Source of the DNA: Methylophilaceae bacterium
GTDB lineage: Bacteria; Pseudomonadota; Gammaproteobacteria; Burkholderiales; Methylophilaceae
Direction of reading: 5' to 3'
DNA: 29,080 bases
Assembly (NCBI GenBank): GCA_052386615.1
Contig: JBQTJZ010000227.1
Location: 1-29,080, forward strand
Within the stretch, counting starts at the first letter, position 1. Each line of letters starts with the position of its first letter. The translations under genes and the position numbers were made by a program. Of the stretch, positions 17,509-26,124 are shown one piece after another. The notes below the pieces were generated by a model. It was not told the DNA's origin. It saw only the letters and a list, made by a program, of their open reading frames with translations, and did no database searches.

Positions 17509-18747
17509 ATGGCACATTCTCATAGATTAACTATTCCACTTGACCGCGTAGAGCGCCTGCAATACATGAAACGCATGTTTCCGCAGGCAATCGGCTCTTT
17601 TTTAAGTGATGATTGGCGCGGCGGTCGGCATGAGGCGATTAGACGCTTAAACAGCATTGATATTGAGGCATATAATCGCAATCGGCATTTTATTAATGGT
17701 GCGGTGAGCAGGCTCTCACCCTATTTTCGTTATGGCTGTTTAGCGCTAAAGGAAGCTGCAGATAGTGTGCATTCCCGTTTCGGTGAAGGGGCGCAAAAAT
17801 TTGTTTACGAGCTTGCTTGGCGCGATTACTGGCGACGTGTTTGGTATGACATTGGGGATGGAATTTTTAGCGATATCGAAGAACCAAAAGTACCGCTAGG
17901 CGATAAACTATTACCCGATTTTATCCGTCAAGGCATTACCGGTTTGCCTTGTATGGATGGATTCATTCGTGATTTAACGCACGAGGGTTATGTGCATAAC
18001 CATGCACGCATGTGGTTTGCCGCTTACGTGGTGCATTGGTTAAAAATAGATTGGCGTGAAGCCGCTGACTGGTTTGAAAACTATTTGCTAGATGGTGATA
18101 AAGCCTCGAATCATTTATCTTGGCAGTGGGTAGCCTCCGTTTTTAGCTCTAAACCCTATTATTTCAATAAAGAAAATTTAGCCCGTTATACGGGCGAAAA
18201 ATATTGTGCAAACTGCAAAATTAATTGCCCGTTTGATCAAAGTTATGAGGTGTTGAATGAGCAATTATTTGCAAAATCAGTAGCCACTCCGGCAAGAGTG
18301 CAGCGCGTTGTTGCACCATATCGAGAAGCATTTTCAAGCCATAAAGCGGTTGCTGTATTGGTGCACGATGAAATGCTTTCAGCCGCACATCCATTGTTAC
18401 GCAAACCTATGGCTAAGTTTTTTGTGTTTGATGACATGCTACACGCAAAATGGCCACTCAAACGTTTGCAATTTGTCGCAGATTGCTTAAGTGAGTTGCC
18501 GAATGTAGAGATCTGGTTGGGCGATACGCGCGCAATACTGGAAGAGCGCGGAGTTGGTCAACTCATCACGCAGGATACGCCAAATTTACAGCTGAAAGCG
18601 ATATTGGCGTCTTTTCAAACAGATTGGCAACCTGAACCCAAGTTTATAGAAGCCGATATTAGTGAAAAGCGACTCAAACGTTTTTCTCGTTATTGGGATA
18701 AAGTGGGAGAAGCGTTTTTTGGTGAGGATGCCTATCGTAAGTCATGA
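17509..18747 (+). CDS. Short DNA photolyase with FAD-binding domain N-terminal (NewPHL/short photolyase-like type)
   Basis: VSRLSPYFRYG, FVYELAWRDYW, HNHARMWFA, IDWREAADWF, LLDGDKASNHLSWQW occur in aa 65-210; a residual alpha/beta-like segment follows; 412 aa. Confidence 0.85.
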   Translation: MAHSHRLTIPLDRVERLQYMKRMFPQAIGSFLSDDWRGGRHEAIRRLNSIDIEAYNRNRHFINGAVSRLSPYFRYGCLALKEAADSVHSRFGEGAQKFVYELAWRDYWRRVWYDIGDGIFSDIEEPKVPLGDKLLPDFIRQGITGLPCMDGFIRDLTHEGYVHNHARMWFAAYVVHWLKIDWREAADWFENYLLDGDKASNHLSWQWVASVFSSKPYYFNKENLARYTGEKYCANCKINCPFDQSYEVLNEQLFAKSVATPARVQRVVAPYREAFSSHKAVAVLVHDEMLSAAHPLLRKPMAKFFVFDDMLHAKWPLKRLQFVADCLSELPNVEIWLGDTRAILEERGVGQLITQDTPNLQLKAILASFQTDWQPEPKFIEADISEKRLKRFSRYWDKVGEAFFGEDAYRKS

Positions 18748-18781
18748 TTAAAAGTAGGCAGCGTTTTTCAAATTTGTTCGC

Positions 18782-18815
18782 GTAGCCGCCTTTAGTAAGC
18801 GTAAAGGCGGGGCTA
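18782..18815. repeat. Intergenic inverted repeat (GTAG followed by 9-bp stem), REP-like or terminator-like
   Basis: CCGCCTTTA (18786-18794), 7-nt loop, TAAAGGCGG (18802-18810), preceded by GTAG; no U-tract on either strand. Confidence 0.5.
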
Positions 18816-18837
18816 GGCTGTGGTAAAATCCGCGGTT

Positions 18838-21837
18838 ATGAGCACGCAAACCATACCACCAAAAAAGTCAGTTCGAGAGTTGGCTAAGTCATTCGATCCT
18901 AAAGCGATTGAAAGTAAATGGTACGCGTTTTGGGAGAGCAAAGGCTATTACGCTGCGGGCTTAGACGCCAGTAAACCAAAAAAAGATAATTTCTGCATTC
19001 TGCTACCCCCGCCTAACGTCACTGGTACGCTGCACATGGGGCACGGCTTCAATCAAACCTTGATGGACGCACTGACACGCTATCACCGTATGCGTGGCGA
19101 CAATACCTTATGGCAACCGGGCACAGACCACGCAGGCATCGCTACGCAAATCGTGGTAGAGCGCCAGTTGGATGCGCAAGGGGTTTCGCGCCATGATTTG
19201 GGCCGAGAAAAATTCCTAGAAAAAGTATGGGAATGGAAAGAGTATTCCGGCGGCACTATTACCAAGCAAATGCGCCGGCTTGGAACTTCACCAGATTGGA
19301 GTCGCGAGCGCTTCACCATGGATGAAGGTTTGAACAAAACCGTGACTGAGACTTTCGTGCGTTTGTACAACGAAGGCTTGATTTATAGAGGCAAGCGACT
19401 GGTAAATTGGGATGTGAAACTAGGCACCGCTGTTTCAGATTTGGAAGTGGTGCAGGAAGAAGAAGATGGCTTTATGTGGCACATCAGCTATCCGTTAGTT
19501 GAGCCAGATACAGTTAAAGGACTCACGCATTTAACTGTTGCGACAACCCGCCCAGAAACCATGCTGGGTGACGTGGCGGTGATGGTGCATCCAGAAGATG
19601 AACGCTATAAACACTTAGTAGGTAAATTTGTAAAACTACCTTTGTGTGAGCGCCCAATTCAAATCATTGAAGATGATTATGTCGATAAGGAATTCGGTAC
19701 GGGTGTGGTGAAAGTGACGCCTGCGCATGACTTTAACGACTATGCGGTAGGCCAGCGTCACAAGCTTCCAATGTTCAATGTTTTGAAGCTTGATGGAAAA
19801 GTTATTGATAACAACATTAAAGCTGGTGGTGAACTGGTATTCAACTACATCGCAGAATTGCCAACTGGCGGTAAGGTGGGTAAGCTAAGTAGTAATAATC
19901 CACTAGCCATTGATTTGGGAATTCCAGAAGCGTATCAAGGTAAGGATCGCTTTGATGCCCGTAAGCTAATTGTTATTGACCTTGAGGCTCAGGGTTACTT
20001 AGTCGAAACCGAAAAACACAAACTCAAAGTGCCGCGCGGTGACCGCACTGGTGTGGTGATTGAACCTATGCTGACTGACCAATGGTTTGTAGCAATGAGC
20101 AAGCCCGCCGCAGATGGTAAGAGCATTACCGAAAAAGCGCTGGAAGTCGTGGCTAACGGCGAAATCAAGTTTTATCCTGAAAATTGGGTGAACACTTACA
20201 ATCAGTGGCTGAATAATATTCAGGATTGGTGTATCTCGCGTCAACTGTGGTGGGGGCATCAAATCCCCGCTTGGTATTCAGATGTTGGAAAAGTATATGT
20301 GGCGCATGATGAAACAGAAGCCAAAACACTCGCCGCGAAAGACGGCTACACAGGTAACTTAAAGCGTGATGATGATGTGCTGGATACTTGGTATTCATCT
20401 GCGCTCTGGCCATTCTCTACTTTGGATTGGACAGGCGACGCTGCGATTGACGCACAAAATCAAGCTTTACAGCAATATTTGCCTTCTTCCGTGCTGGTGA
20501 CGGGCTTCGATATCATTTTCTTTTGGGTAGCGCGCATGGTGATGATGACTAAACACATCACCGGCAAAATACCATTCAAACATGTGTATGTGCATGGCTT
20601 GATACGTGATGCCGAAGGCCAAAAAATGTCTAAATCAAAAGGCAACGTGCTAGACCCGATAGATTTAATCGACGGCATTGGCTTGGAAGATTTAATCAAA
20701 AAGCGCACTACAGGGTTAATGAACCCAAAAGATGCAGAAAAAATCGAGAAGCGGACGCGTAAAGAATTTCCTGAAGGAATTGCCGCTTACGGGACGGATG
20801 CTTTAAGGTTTACCTTTGCGGCACTCGCTTCGCCGGGTCGTGATATTAAGTTTGATTTGCAACGCTGTGATGGCTATCGCAATTTTTGTAATAAATTGTG
20901 GAATGCGACACGCTTTGTGTTGATGAATACACAAAAAGAAGATGGAACGCCCCAAGACAACGGCTTTGATGTCGCCAGTTGTGGTGAAGGCGGACGTAAA
21001 TTTAGCCAAGCTGACCGTTGGATTGTGAGCATATTGCAACGTACAGAAGCGGACGTAGAAAAAGCCTTTACTGACTATCGATTTGACCTTGCTGCAAAAG
21101 CGATTTATGAGTTTGTGTGGGATGAATATTTCGATTGGTATTTAGAGTTAGCCAAAGTGCAAATTCAGAACGGGGACGATGCCGAGAAGCGCGCCACACG
21201 GCGTACTTTGTTAAGAGTTTTAGAAACTATATTACGTTTAGCGCACCCGATGATGCCGTTTATTACTGAAGAAATTTGGCAGACGATTTATCCAATGACA
21301 TGCGCGCCAATGACAGGTGTTGATAAACCCAGCATTATGTTGCAACCCTATCCAAAAGCGCAGCCGGATAAGCTTGATGCAGCGTCTGAAATTTGGATTG
21401 CGCAATTAAAACAAATGGTGGATGCATGCCGAAGTTTACGTGGTGAAATGGGCATCTCACCGGCAGCGCGCGTGCCATTGATTGCGGCGGGAGATGCTGA
21501 AAAACTCGGCAAGTACGCACCCTACCTAAAAGCGCTCGCTAAGTTGGAAGATGTCGCGATTATGGCAGAACTGCCAAAGGCTGATGCGCCGGTGATGTTG
21601 GTAGATGATTTCAAACTGATGCTAAAAGTGGAGATTGATGCTGCCGCAGAAAGAGAGCGCTTGGGCAAAGAGATTGCGCGTTTACAAGGTGAAATTGCTA
21701 AAGCGAATGGTAAGCTCAATAACGAAAGCTTCGTGGCGCGTGCGCCAGTGGCAGTGGTTGCACAAGAAAAAGCACGCGTGGCAGACTTCAGCATGAATTT
21801 ACAAAAGCTCGAGGTACAACTGGCTAAGCTAGCTTAG
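18838..21837 (+). CDS. valS: Valine--tRNA ligase (ORF track start GTG 18820; ATG 18838 preferred)
   Basis: [13 protein letters not shown] (HIGH), [58 protein letters not shown]-terminal coiled coil. Confidence 0.99.
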   Translation: MSTQTIPPKKSVRELAKSFDPKAIESKWYAFWESKGYYAAGLDASKPKKDNFCILLPPPNVTGTLHMGHGFNQTLMDALTRYHRMRGDNTLWQPGTDHAGIATQIVVERQLDAQGVSRHDLGREKFLEKVWEWKEYSGGTITKQMRRLGTSPDWSRERFTMDEGLNKTVTETFVRLYNEGLIYRGKRLVNWDVKLGTAVSDLEVVQEEEDGFMWHISYPLVEPDTVKGLTHLTVATTRPETMLGDVAVMVHPEDERYKHLVGKFVKLPLCERPIQIIEDDYVDKEFGTGVVKVTPAHDFNDYAVGQRHKLPMFNVLKLDGKVIDNNIKAGGELVFNYIAELPTGGKVGKLSSNNPLAIDLGIPEAYQGKDRFDARKLIVIDLEAQGYLVETEKHKLKVPRGDRTGVVIEPMLTDQWFVAMSKPAADGKSITEKALEVVANGEIKFYPENWVNTYNQWLNNIQDWCISRQLWWGHQIPAWYSDVGKVYVAHDETEAKTLAAKDGYTGNLKRDDDVLDTWYSSALWPFSTLDWTGDAAIDAQNQALQQYLPSSVLVTGFDIIFFWVARMVMMTKHITGKIPFKHVYVHGLIRDAEGQKMSKSKGNVLDPIDLIDGIGLEDLIKKRTTGLMNPKDAEKIEKRTRKEFPEGIAAYGTDALRFTFAALASPGRDIKFDLQRCDGYRNFCNKLWNATRFVLMNTQKEDGTPQDNGFDVASCGEGGRKFSQADRWIVSILQRTEADVEKAFTDYRFDLAAKAIYEFVWDEYFDWYLELAKVQIQNGDDAEKRATRRTLLRVLETILRLAHPMMPFITEEIWQTIYPMTCAPMTGVDKPSIMLQPYPKAQPDKLDAASEIWIAQLKQMVDACRSLRGEMGISPAARVPLIAAGDAEKLGKYAPYLKALAKLEDVAIMAELPKADAPVMLVDDFKLMLKVEIDAAAERERLGKEIARLQGEIAKANGKLNNESFVARAPVAVVAQEKARVADFSMNLQKLEVQLAKLA

Positions 21838-21854
21838 GCCTTAGGAGATATTAC

Positions 21855-22277
21855 ATGAAACCAAGGATTAGCCTTGTTACACTCGGTGTCGATGACCTAG
21901 AAGAGTCCATACGCTTTTATCGTGATGGTCTTGGTCTTGCGACAGAGGGGGTCATAGGAAAGGAATTTGACTATGGAGCGGTTGCTTTTTTTGCTTTGCA
22001 AGCAAATCTTAAGCTCGCGCTCTACCCGCGCAAAAGTCTTTCAAAAGATTCAGGCCTGCCCTTAGGTAATGCAAGTGCCTTGGAGTTTAGCATCGGTCAC
22101 ATTGTTTCTTCAAAAGCGGAAGTCGATCAGGTTATGGATCAGGCAAAGAATGCTGGGGCTGTGATCTTAAAGTCTGCTCAAGAGACTTTTTGGGGTGGTT
22201 ACGGAGGTTACTTTCAAGACCCCAGTGGCCATCTATGGGAAATAGCTTGGAATCCGCAATGGATCACTCCAGATTGA
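21855..22277 (+). CDS. VOC/glyoxalase family protein
   Basis: ISLVTLGVDDLEESIRFYRDGLG, FWGGYGGYFQDPSGHLWEIAWNP; AGGAG RBS. Confidence 0.9.
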   Translation: MKPRISLVTLGVDDLEESIRFYRDGLGLATEGVIGKEFDYGAVAFFALQANLKLALYPRKSLSKDSGLPLGNASALEFSIGHIVSSKAEVDQVMDQAKNAGAVILKSAQETFWGGYGGYFQDPSGHLWEIAWNPQWITPD

Positions 22278-22357
22278 GGCAGAATAAGACATTATAGCGG
22301 GCTGTCAAAAAGCTATTTTTTCAGTCATCCGATGTATTTCAACACTAAGAGGCAAAC

Positions 22358-22597
22358 ATGCTTGATAAGCAAGGATTCAAACTTCCACTGGGGTTGTTAT
22401 TGCTAGATGGCATTGGGAGTATTTTGGTTGGGCTTGGCCTTGCAATAAAGTTCGGCGCTTTTGAGTTGCCGTCAGCGCTTCAATTTGCTGAAGAGGGTTT
22501 GGTACTCATTATCATCGGTGTACTACTCATGCTGCCGCTTTTGATCCACTTATTTGCTAGGGCACGTGAGCGAGCAGAAGAGAAAAAGAGGCTATAG
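22358..22597 (+). CDS. Small two-TM membrane protein (DUF1418/YbjC-like)
   Basis: KLPLGLLLLDGIG...LIIIGVLLMLPLLIH two hydrophobic helices; GAGG RBS. Family name is from recollection. Confidence 0.6.
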   Translation: MLDKQGFKLPLGLLLLDGIGSILVGLGLAIKFGAFELPSALQFAEEGLVLIIIGVLLMLPLLIHLFARARERAEEKKRL

Positions 22598-22611
22598 CTC
22601 TCAAAATTGGC

Positions 22612-22812
22612 ATGAGCGATACTCACAAAAATATTGCTGATGAAGTGATGTGTGCTTGTAGCGGTAACACCCGCGGGCAGATTTGTGATTTATTCATGCA
22701 AGGCAAAGATATTGACGCAATTTCCCGCTGGACCGGCGCCAAAACCGGCTGTGGTGGCTGCGAGTGGGATATTGAGGTGTTTGTAAAAGCCTTAGCAGAA
22801 GCTGCTAAATAA
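22612..22812 (+). CDS. Standalone BFD-like [2Fe-2S]-binding protein
   Basis: MCAC (C14/C16) ... TGAKTGCGGC (C47/C50) spacing of the BFD-like fold; 66 aa. Confidence 0.8.
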   Translation: MSDTHKNIADEVMCACSGNTRGQICDLFMQGKDIDAISRWTGAKTGCGGCEWDIEVFVKALAEAAK

Positions 22813-23272
22813 AGAGATTGACGTCTGATTCACCGGCAAACTGAAAGAACGTCGCCGCACCGCCAAACTCAATTTCACTTATAAAATCTGTCTTTTTGAA
22901 GTCAAATAAATCCACCGTCATTTGGCAGGCAATCAGCTTCACGCCGCTTTCAATACATGCGCTACGTAAATCTTCAATACTGGCCACGCCTTTACTGGCA
23001 ATTTTCTGCTTCATCATCATGGTGGCCATGCTTTCCATGCCCGGCAGCATTTGCACCAAATTGGGCATGGGGACTGGCATGGGCATGGCAGGGTTGCCCA
23101 GTGGGGAAACTTTCATCTCGCTTAAATCTTTTTTAAGCAATGTAAGCCCATAAAAAGTGAAGAAAATCTGTACTTGGTAATCTAGCGCTGCGGCGGTAGA
23201 AGCTAAAATAAAAGGCGGATACGCCCAATCAAGTGTACCTTTAGAGGCAATGAGAGCGAGTTTTTTCGACAT
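22805..23272 (-). CDS. dsrE2: DsrE2-type (DsrE/DsrF/DrsH-like) sulfur carrier
   Basis: KGTLDWAYPPFILASTAAAL, FFTFYGL, SPLGNPAMPMP, LRSAC106...LIAC116QMT, GGAATF. Confidence 0.85.
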   Translation of the reverse strand: MSKKLALIASKGTLDWAYPPFILASTAAALDYQVQIFFTFYGLTLLKKDLSEMKVSPLGNPAMPMPVPMPNLVQMLPGMESMATMMMKQKIASKGVASIEDLRSACIESGVKLIACQMTVDLFDFKKTDFISEIEFGGAATFFQFAGESDVNLFI

Positions 23273-23277
23273 AATGC

Positions 23278-23511
23278 TTAATCGTTGCGTTTTTTAATAT
23301 AAAACGTGAATAAATTTTCAGTTTCGTCCAGCTGCAATAACTCATGACCAGTCTGTTTGCAAAAAGCCTGAAAATCCTTAACAGCGCCTGGGTCTGTGGC
23401 AATAATTTTTAAAGTTTCACCTGCCGCCATGTCGTTTAACCCTTTCTTGCAACGCAAAATAGGGAGCGGACAATTGAGATTACGCGCATCAACTTCTTTA
23501 TCAAATTCCAT
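23278..23511 (-). CDS. tusA: TusA/SirA family sulfurtransferase
   Basis: DARNLNCPLP (Cys14), ATDPGAVKDFQAFCKQTGHELL, FYIKK; 77 aa. Confidence 0.92.
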   Translation of the reverse strand: MEFDKEVDARNLNCPLPILRCKKGLNDMAAGETLKIIATDPGAVKDFQAFCKQTGHELLQLDETENLFTFYIKKRND

Positions 23512-23533
23512 TTTTATCCTTGACTACAATCAA

Positions 23534-23854
23534 TTAAGCTTGTTCTAATGTATAACCAGCCTTGTCCCAAGCCACTATACCGCCGGCAAGGTTGTGTACA
23601 TTGCTTAAACCTTTACTAATGGCAAAGTCGGCGGCATGAGCAGAACGTATGCCGCTATGGCAGTAAAACACCACAGTATTTGCAGACGTGAGTCTTTCAT
23701 AATGTAAAGGCAGCATAGAAAGTTGAATATGAATGGCGCCAGGGATAATTCCACGTGCCACTTCGTCAGCGTTACGTACATCAACCAGCATTACTTTTGG
23801 TAAGGTGATTAAATTGACTAATTCGCTTGCTTCAATATCTGAGTAATTTTTCAT
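23534..23854 (-). CDS. Single-domain rhodanese (sulfurtransferase)
   Basis: LVDVR...E...GIIPGAIHI, active loop YC65HSGIRS, NLAGGIVAW. Confidence 0.92.
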   Translation of the reverse strand: MKNYSDIEASELVNLITLPKVMLVDVRNADEVARGIIPGAIHIQLSMLPLHYERLTSANTVVFYCHSGIRSAHAADFAISKGLSNVHNLAGGIVAWDKAGYTLEQA

Positions 23855-23961
23855 GGTAAATCCTAATTTATTCCTATTTTACACAGGAAATGAAAGATTA
23901 GAATAGCGAACAAACAGATCTTAAGCGGTGTCCATTGTCTAAGCCAATAGAGCCATGCGTT

Positions 23962-24606
23962 TTAATGATAACCACAAATTTTACCTTGATCGATGAATGC
24001 AATATTTTCTGTAATTTGCTGTATTTCATCGAGGGAATGGCTGATATAAATCATGGGGATATCAATTTCTTCCGCCATTTTTTTTAGGAACGGCAGAATT
24101 TGATTTTTGAGTCTTTCATCTAAAGAGGCTAGCGGCTCATCCAGCAAAAGCAAGCGGGGAGAACTAAGCAGAGCTCTTCCGATAGCGACGCGCTGCTTCT
24201 CACCACCGGAAAGCTGGTGCGGACGCTGTTTTAATAAATGACCGATTTCCAACAATGCCACAATTTGATTAAAACCAAATCTTTGTTGTTGCGCTTCGAG
24301 CAAGCTTAGGCCATAAGTTAGATTATGTTGCACCGTAAAATGAGGGAATAGGCGACCCTCTTGAAAAACCAAGCCAATTCGACGATGGTGGATTGGAATA
24401 TTAATGTTGGCTTGGCTATCAAATAGGCACTCGCCGTCTACCATTAACCGACCAGCGTCTGGTTTAATTAAGCCAGCCAGAATGCTGAGGAGCGTGCTTT
24501 TCCCAGAGCCTGATGGACCAAACAAGCCAGTGACACGTGCTGGCAAATTTAGATTTGCATCGAGTGTAAAATTTTTGCGATGAAAATGAATATTAATTTC
24601 AATCAT
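23962..24606 (-). CDS. modC: Molybdate ABC transporter ATPase, short form without C-terminal TOBE domains
   Basis: GPSGSGKS, VFQEGRLFPH, LSGGEKQRVAIGRAL, LLLDEPLASLD, ISH; ends at 214 aa; overlaps modB stop. Confidence 0.9.
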   Translation of the reverse strand: MIEINIHFHRKNFTLDANLNLPARVTGLFGPSGSGKSTLLSILAGLIKPDAGRLMVDGECLFDSQANINIPIHHRRIGLVFQEGRLFPHFTVQHNLTYGLSLLEAQQQRFGFNQIVALLEIGHLLKQRPHQLSGGEKQRVAIGRALLSSPRLLLLDEPLASLDERLKNQILPFLKKMAEEIDIPMIYISHSLDEIQQITENIAFIDQGKICGYH

Positions 24607-25309
24607 TTAAACCGAGTCCTTGCGCCTCGCGAGACTTTCGTTCCAAGTATTCACTAACCATCAGTGCACCTAGCGCCAGTGCGACACTTAAAATAACCAA
24701 TCGCATCGCTGGCAGGTCGCCACTTGGTATTTGAGTATAGGTATAAATGGCAAGTGGTAAAGTTCTGGTTTCACCCTCAATATTACCTACAAAAGTAATG
24801 GTTGCACCAAACTCCCCTAAGCTACGGCTAAAAGCTAAAATTAAACCCGTTAAAATACCTGGCAGTGAAAGAGGCAAGGTTATTGTAAAGAACACTCTTA
24901 AGGGGTGTGCGCCTAGAGATTGTGCTGCAGTTTCTAGTTTTGCATCGACATGGCTGATAGCCAATCTGGTTGCGCGAACCATTAAAGGAAAGGCCATGAC
25001 TGAAGATGCGATGACCGCGCCAAACCAAGTAAACGCGGTGCTGATACCCCAATGTTCAACCAGGTATTTGCCGATTAGCCCCTGGTTACCCAGCAATAAT
25101 AGCAATAAAAAACCTGGCACTACAGGCGGCAGCACCAGCGGCAGATGTACCAAACTATCAAGCAAAGATTTTCCAAAGAATGATTTTTTTGCCAATAGCC
25201 ACGCGACGAATATTCCTGGAACACAGATTACCAGCGTGCACCAGAACGCTACTTTGATAGACAATAGCAGGGCAGTTGTTTCTGCTGGGGTGAAGTTTAG
25301 TAAATCCAT
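24599..25309 (-). CDS. modB: Molybdate ABC transporter permease
   Basis: LVHLPLVLPPVVPGFLLL, FPLMVR, ETAAQSLGA (EAA loop), FSRSLGEFGAT, TRTLPLAIY. Confidence 0.95.
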   Translation of the reverse strand: MDLLNFTPAETTALLLSIKVAFWCTLVICVPGIFVAWLLAKKSFFGKSLLDSLVHLPLVLPPVVPGFLLLLLLGNQGLIGKYLVEHWGISTAFTWFGAVIASSVMAFPLMVRATRLAISHVDAKLETAAQSLGAHPLRVFFTITLPLSLPGILTGLILAFSRSLGEFGATITFVGNIEGETRTLPLAIYTYTQIPSGDLPAMRLVILSVALALGALMVSEYLERKSREAQGLGLND

Positions 25310-25317
25310 TATGACCG

Positions 25318-26097
25318 TTAATTTAACATGAACCTACAACCGTCTTGCGTTAATATGGCTTTTGCTTGGTCAGATTTTAGATACTGAAAAAAATCTCTTG
25401 CAACAGGTTTTGCGTCTTGCACCAGCGCGATGGGGTAGACAATAGCATCATGCGTTGTTTCTGGGAAGGTGGCTATTATTTCAACTTTGCTAGAAACTTT
25501 TGCATCAGTTTCATACACAATGCCAACATCGCATTCACCTCGTTCTACGAATACTAATGCAGCTCGTACGTCTTGGGTGCCAACGATGCGCGATTTTACT
25601 GAGTCCCACCAATTGAGTGCAATGAGAGACTGTTTCGCATAAATGCCTACTGGAACAGATTCAATCTCGCCCGTACATAACTTACCATAAAAGGCGTTGG
25701 CAAAATTGAACGTTTTATCGGGTTGCACTTTAAAAGCCTTGCCTTTGGGAGCTATTAGCACCAATTTATTGCCTAAAAGATTAACACGAGAATTTACCTC
25801 GATACGCATTTTTTCCTGTAAATAATTCATCCATTTAGAATCCGCTGCCATGAAAATATCAGCGGGCGCACCGTTTTCAATTTGCTTAGCTAAAGCAGAT
25901 GAGGCAGCAAAAGAGCTTTGAATCTTGACGGACTGCTCAGTTTCGTATTGCTTTGCGATATCAGTCATTGCGTTCGTTAAACTCGCAGCAGCAAATAGCG
26001 TTATTTTAGAATCTGCTATGGTAACGGTTGCGCTAAATCCTAGAATAGAAGCTAGTGCTAAGCGAGCTATCATTTTAATTAAATAATCTTTAACCAT
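25318..26097 (-). CDS. modA: Molybdate(/tungstate)-binding periplasmic protein
   Basis: FAAASL, SFAASSALAKQIENGAPADIF, LLGNKLVLIAP, VPVGIYA, DVRAAL...ERGE, GIVYETDA, IVYP. Confidence 0.95.
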   Translation of the reverse strand: MVKDYLIKMIARLALASILGFSATVTIADSKITLFAAASLTNAMTDIAKQYETEQSVKIQSSFAASSALAKQIENGAPADIFMAADSKWMNYLQEKMRIEVNSRVNLLGNKLVLIAPKGKAFKVQPDKTFNFANAFYGKLCTGEIESVPVGIYAKQSLIALNWWDSVKSRIVGTQDVRAALVFVERGECDVGIVYETDAKVSSKVEIIATFPETTHDAIVYPIALVQDAKPVARDFFQYLKSDQAKAILTQDGCRFMLN

Positions 26098-26124
26098 TAT
26101 TTTCCCTAACTATTTCAACTAACA

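Noticed and set aside
21130-21132. Val[10 protein letters not shown] where (F/Y)CDWY is usual
   Set aside because: A single-base difference (TTC vs TGC) at a non-catalytic position; it could be natural variation or a sequencing error and cannot be judged here.
23011-23116. Met/Pro-rich stretch with GGCATG repeats in dsrE2 as a tandem repeat or metal-binding insertion
   Set aside because: An MPMP/Met-rich segment is, to my knowledge, a normal feature of DsrE2 proteins, and the DNA repeat is explained by the codons.
23901-23910. TTCGCTATTC (minus strand) upstream of the rhodanese, identical to 27715-27724, as a third ModE box
   Set aside because: Only a half-site; the position 12 nt away reads AGGAAA, not a matching arm. 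It is worth including in an EMSA but is not supportable as a site.
25318-25350. Atypical ModA C-terminus (TQDGCRFMLN instead of ...YGF) as a frameshift
   Set aside because: Protein length is normal (259 aa), all binding motifs are intact and the stop lies 8 nt from the modB start.
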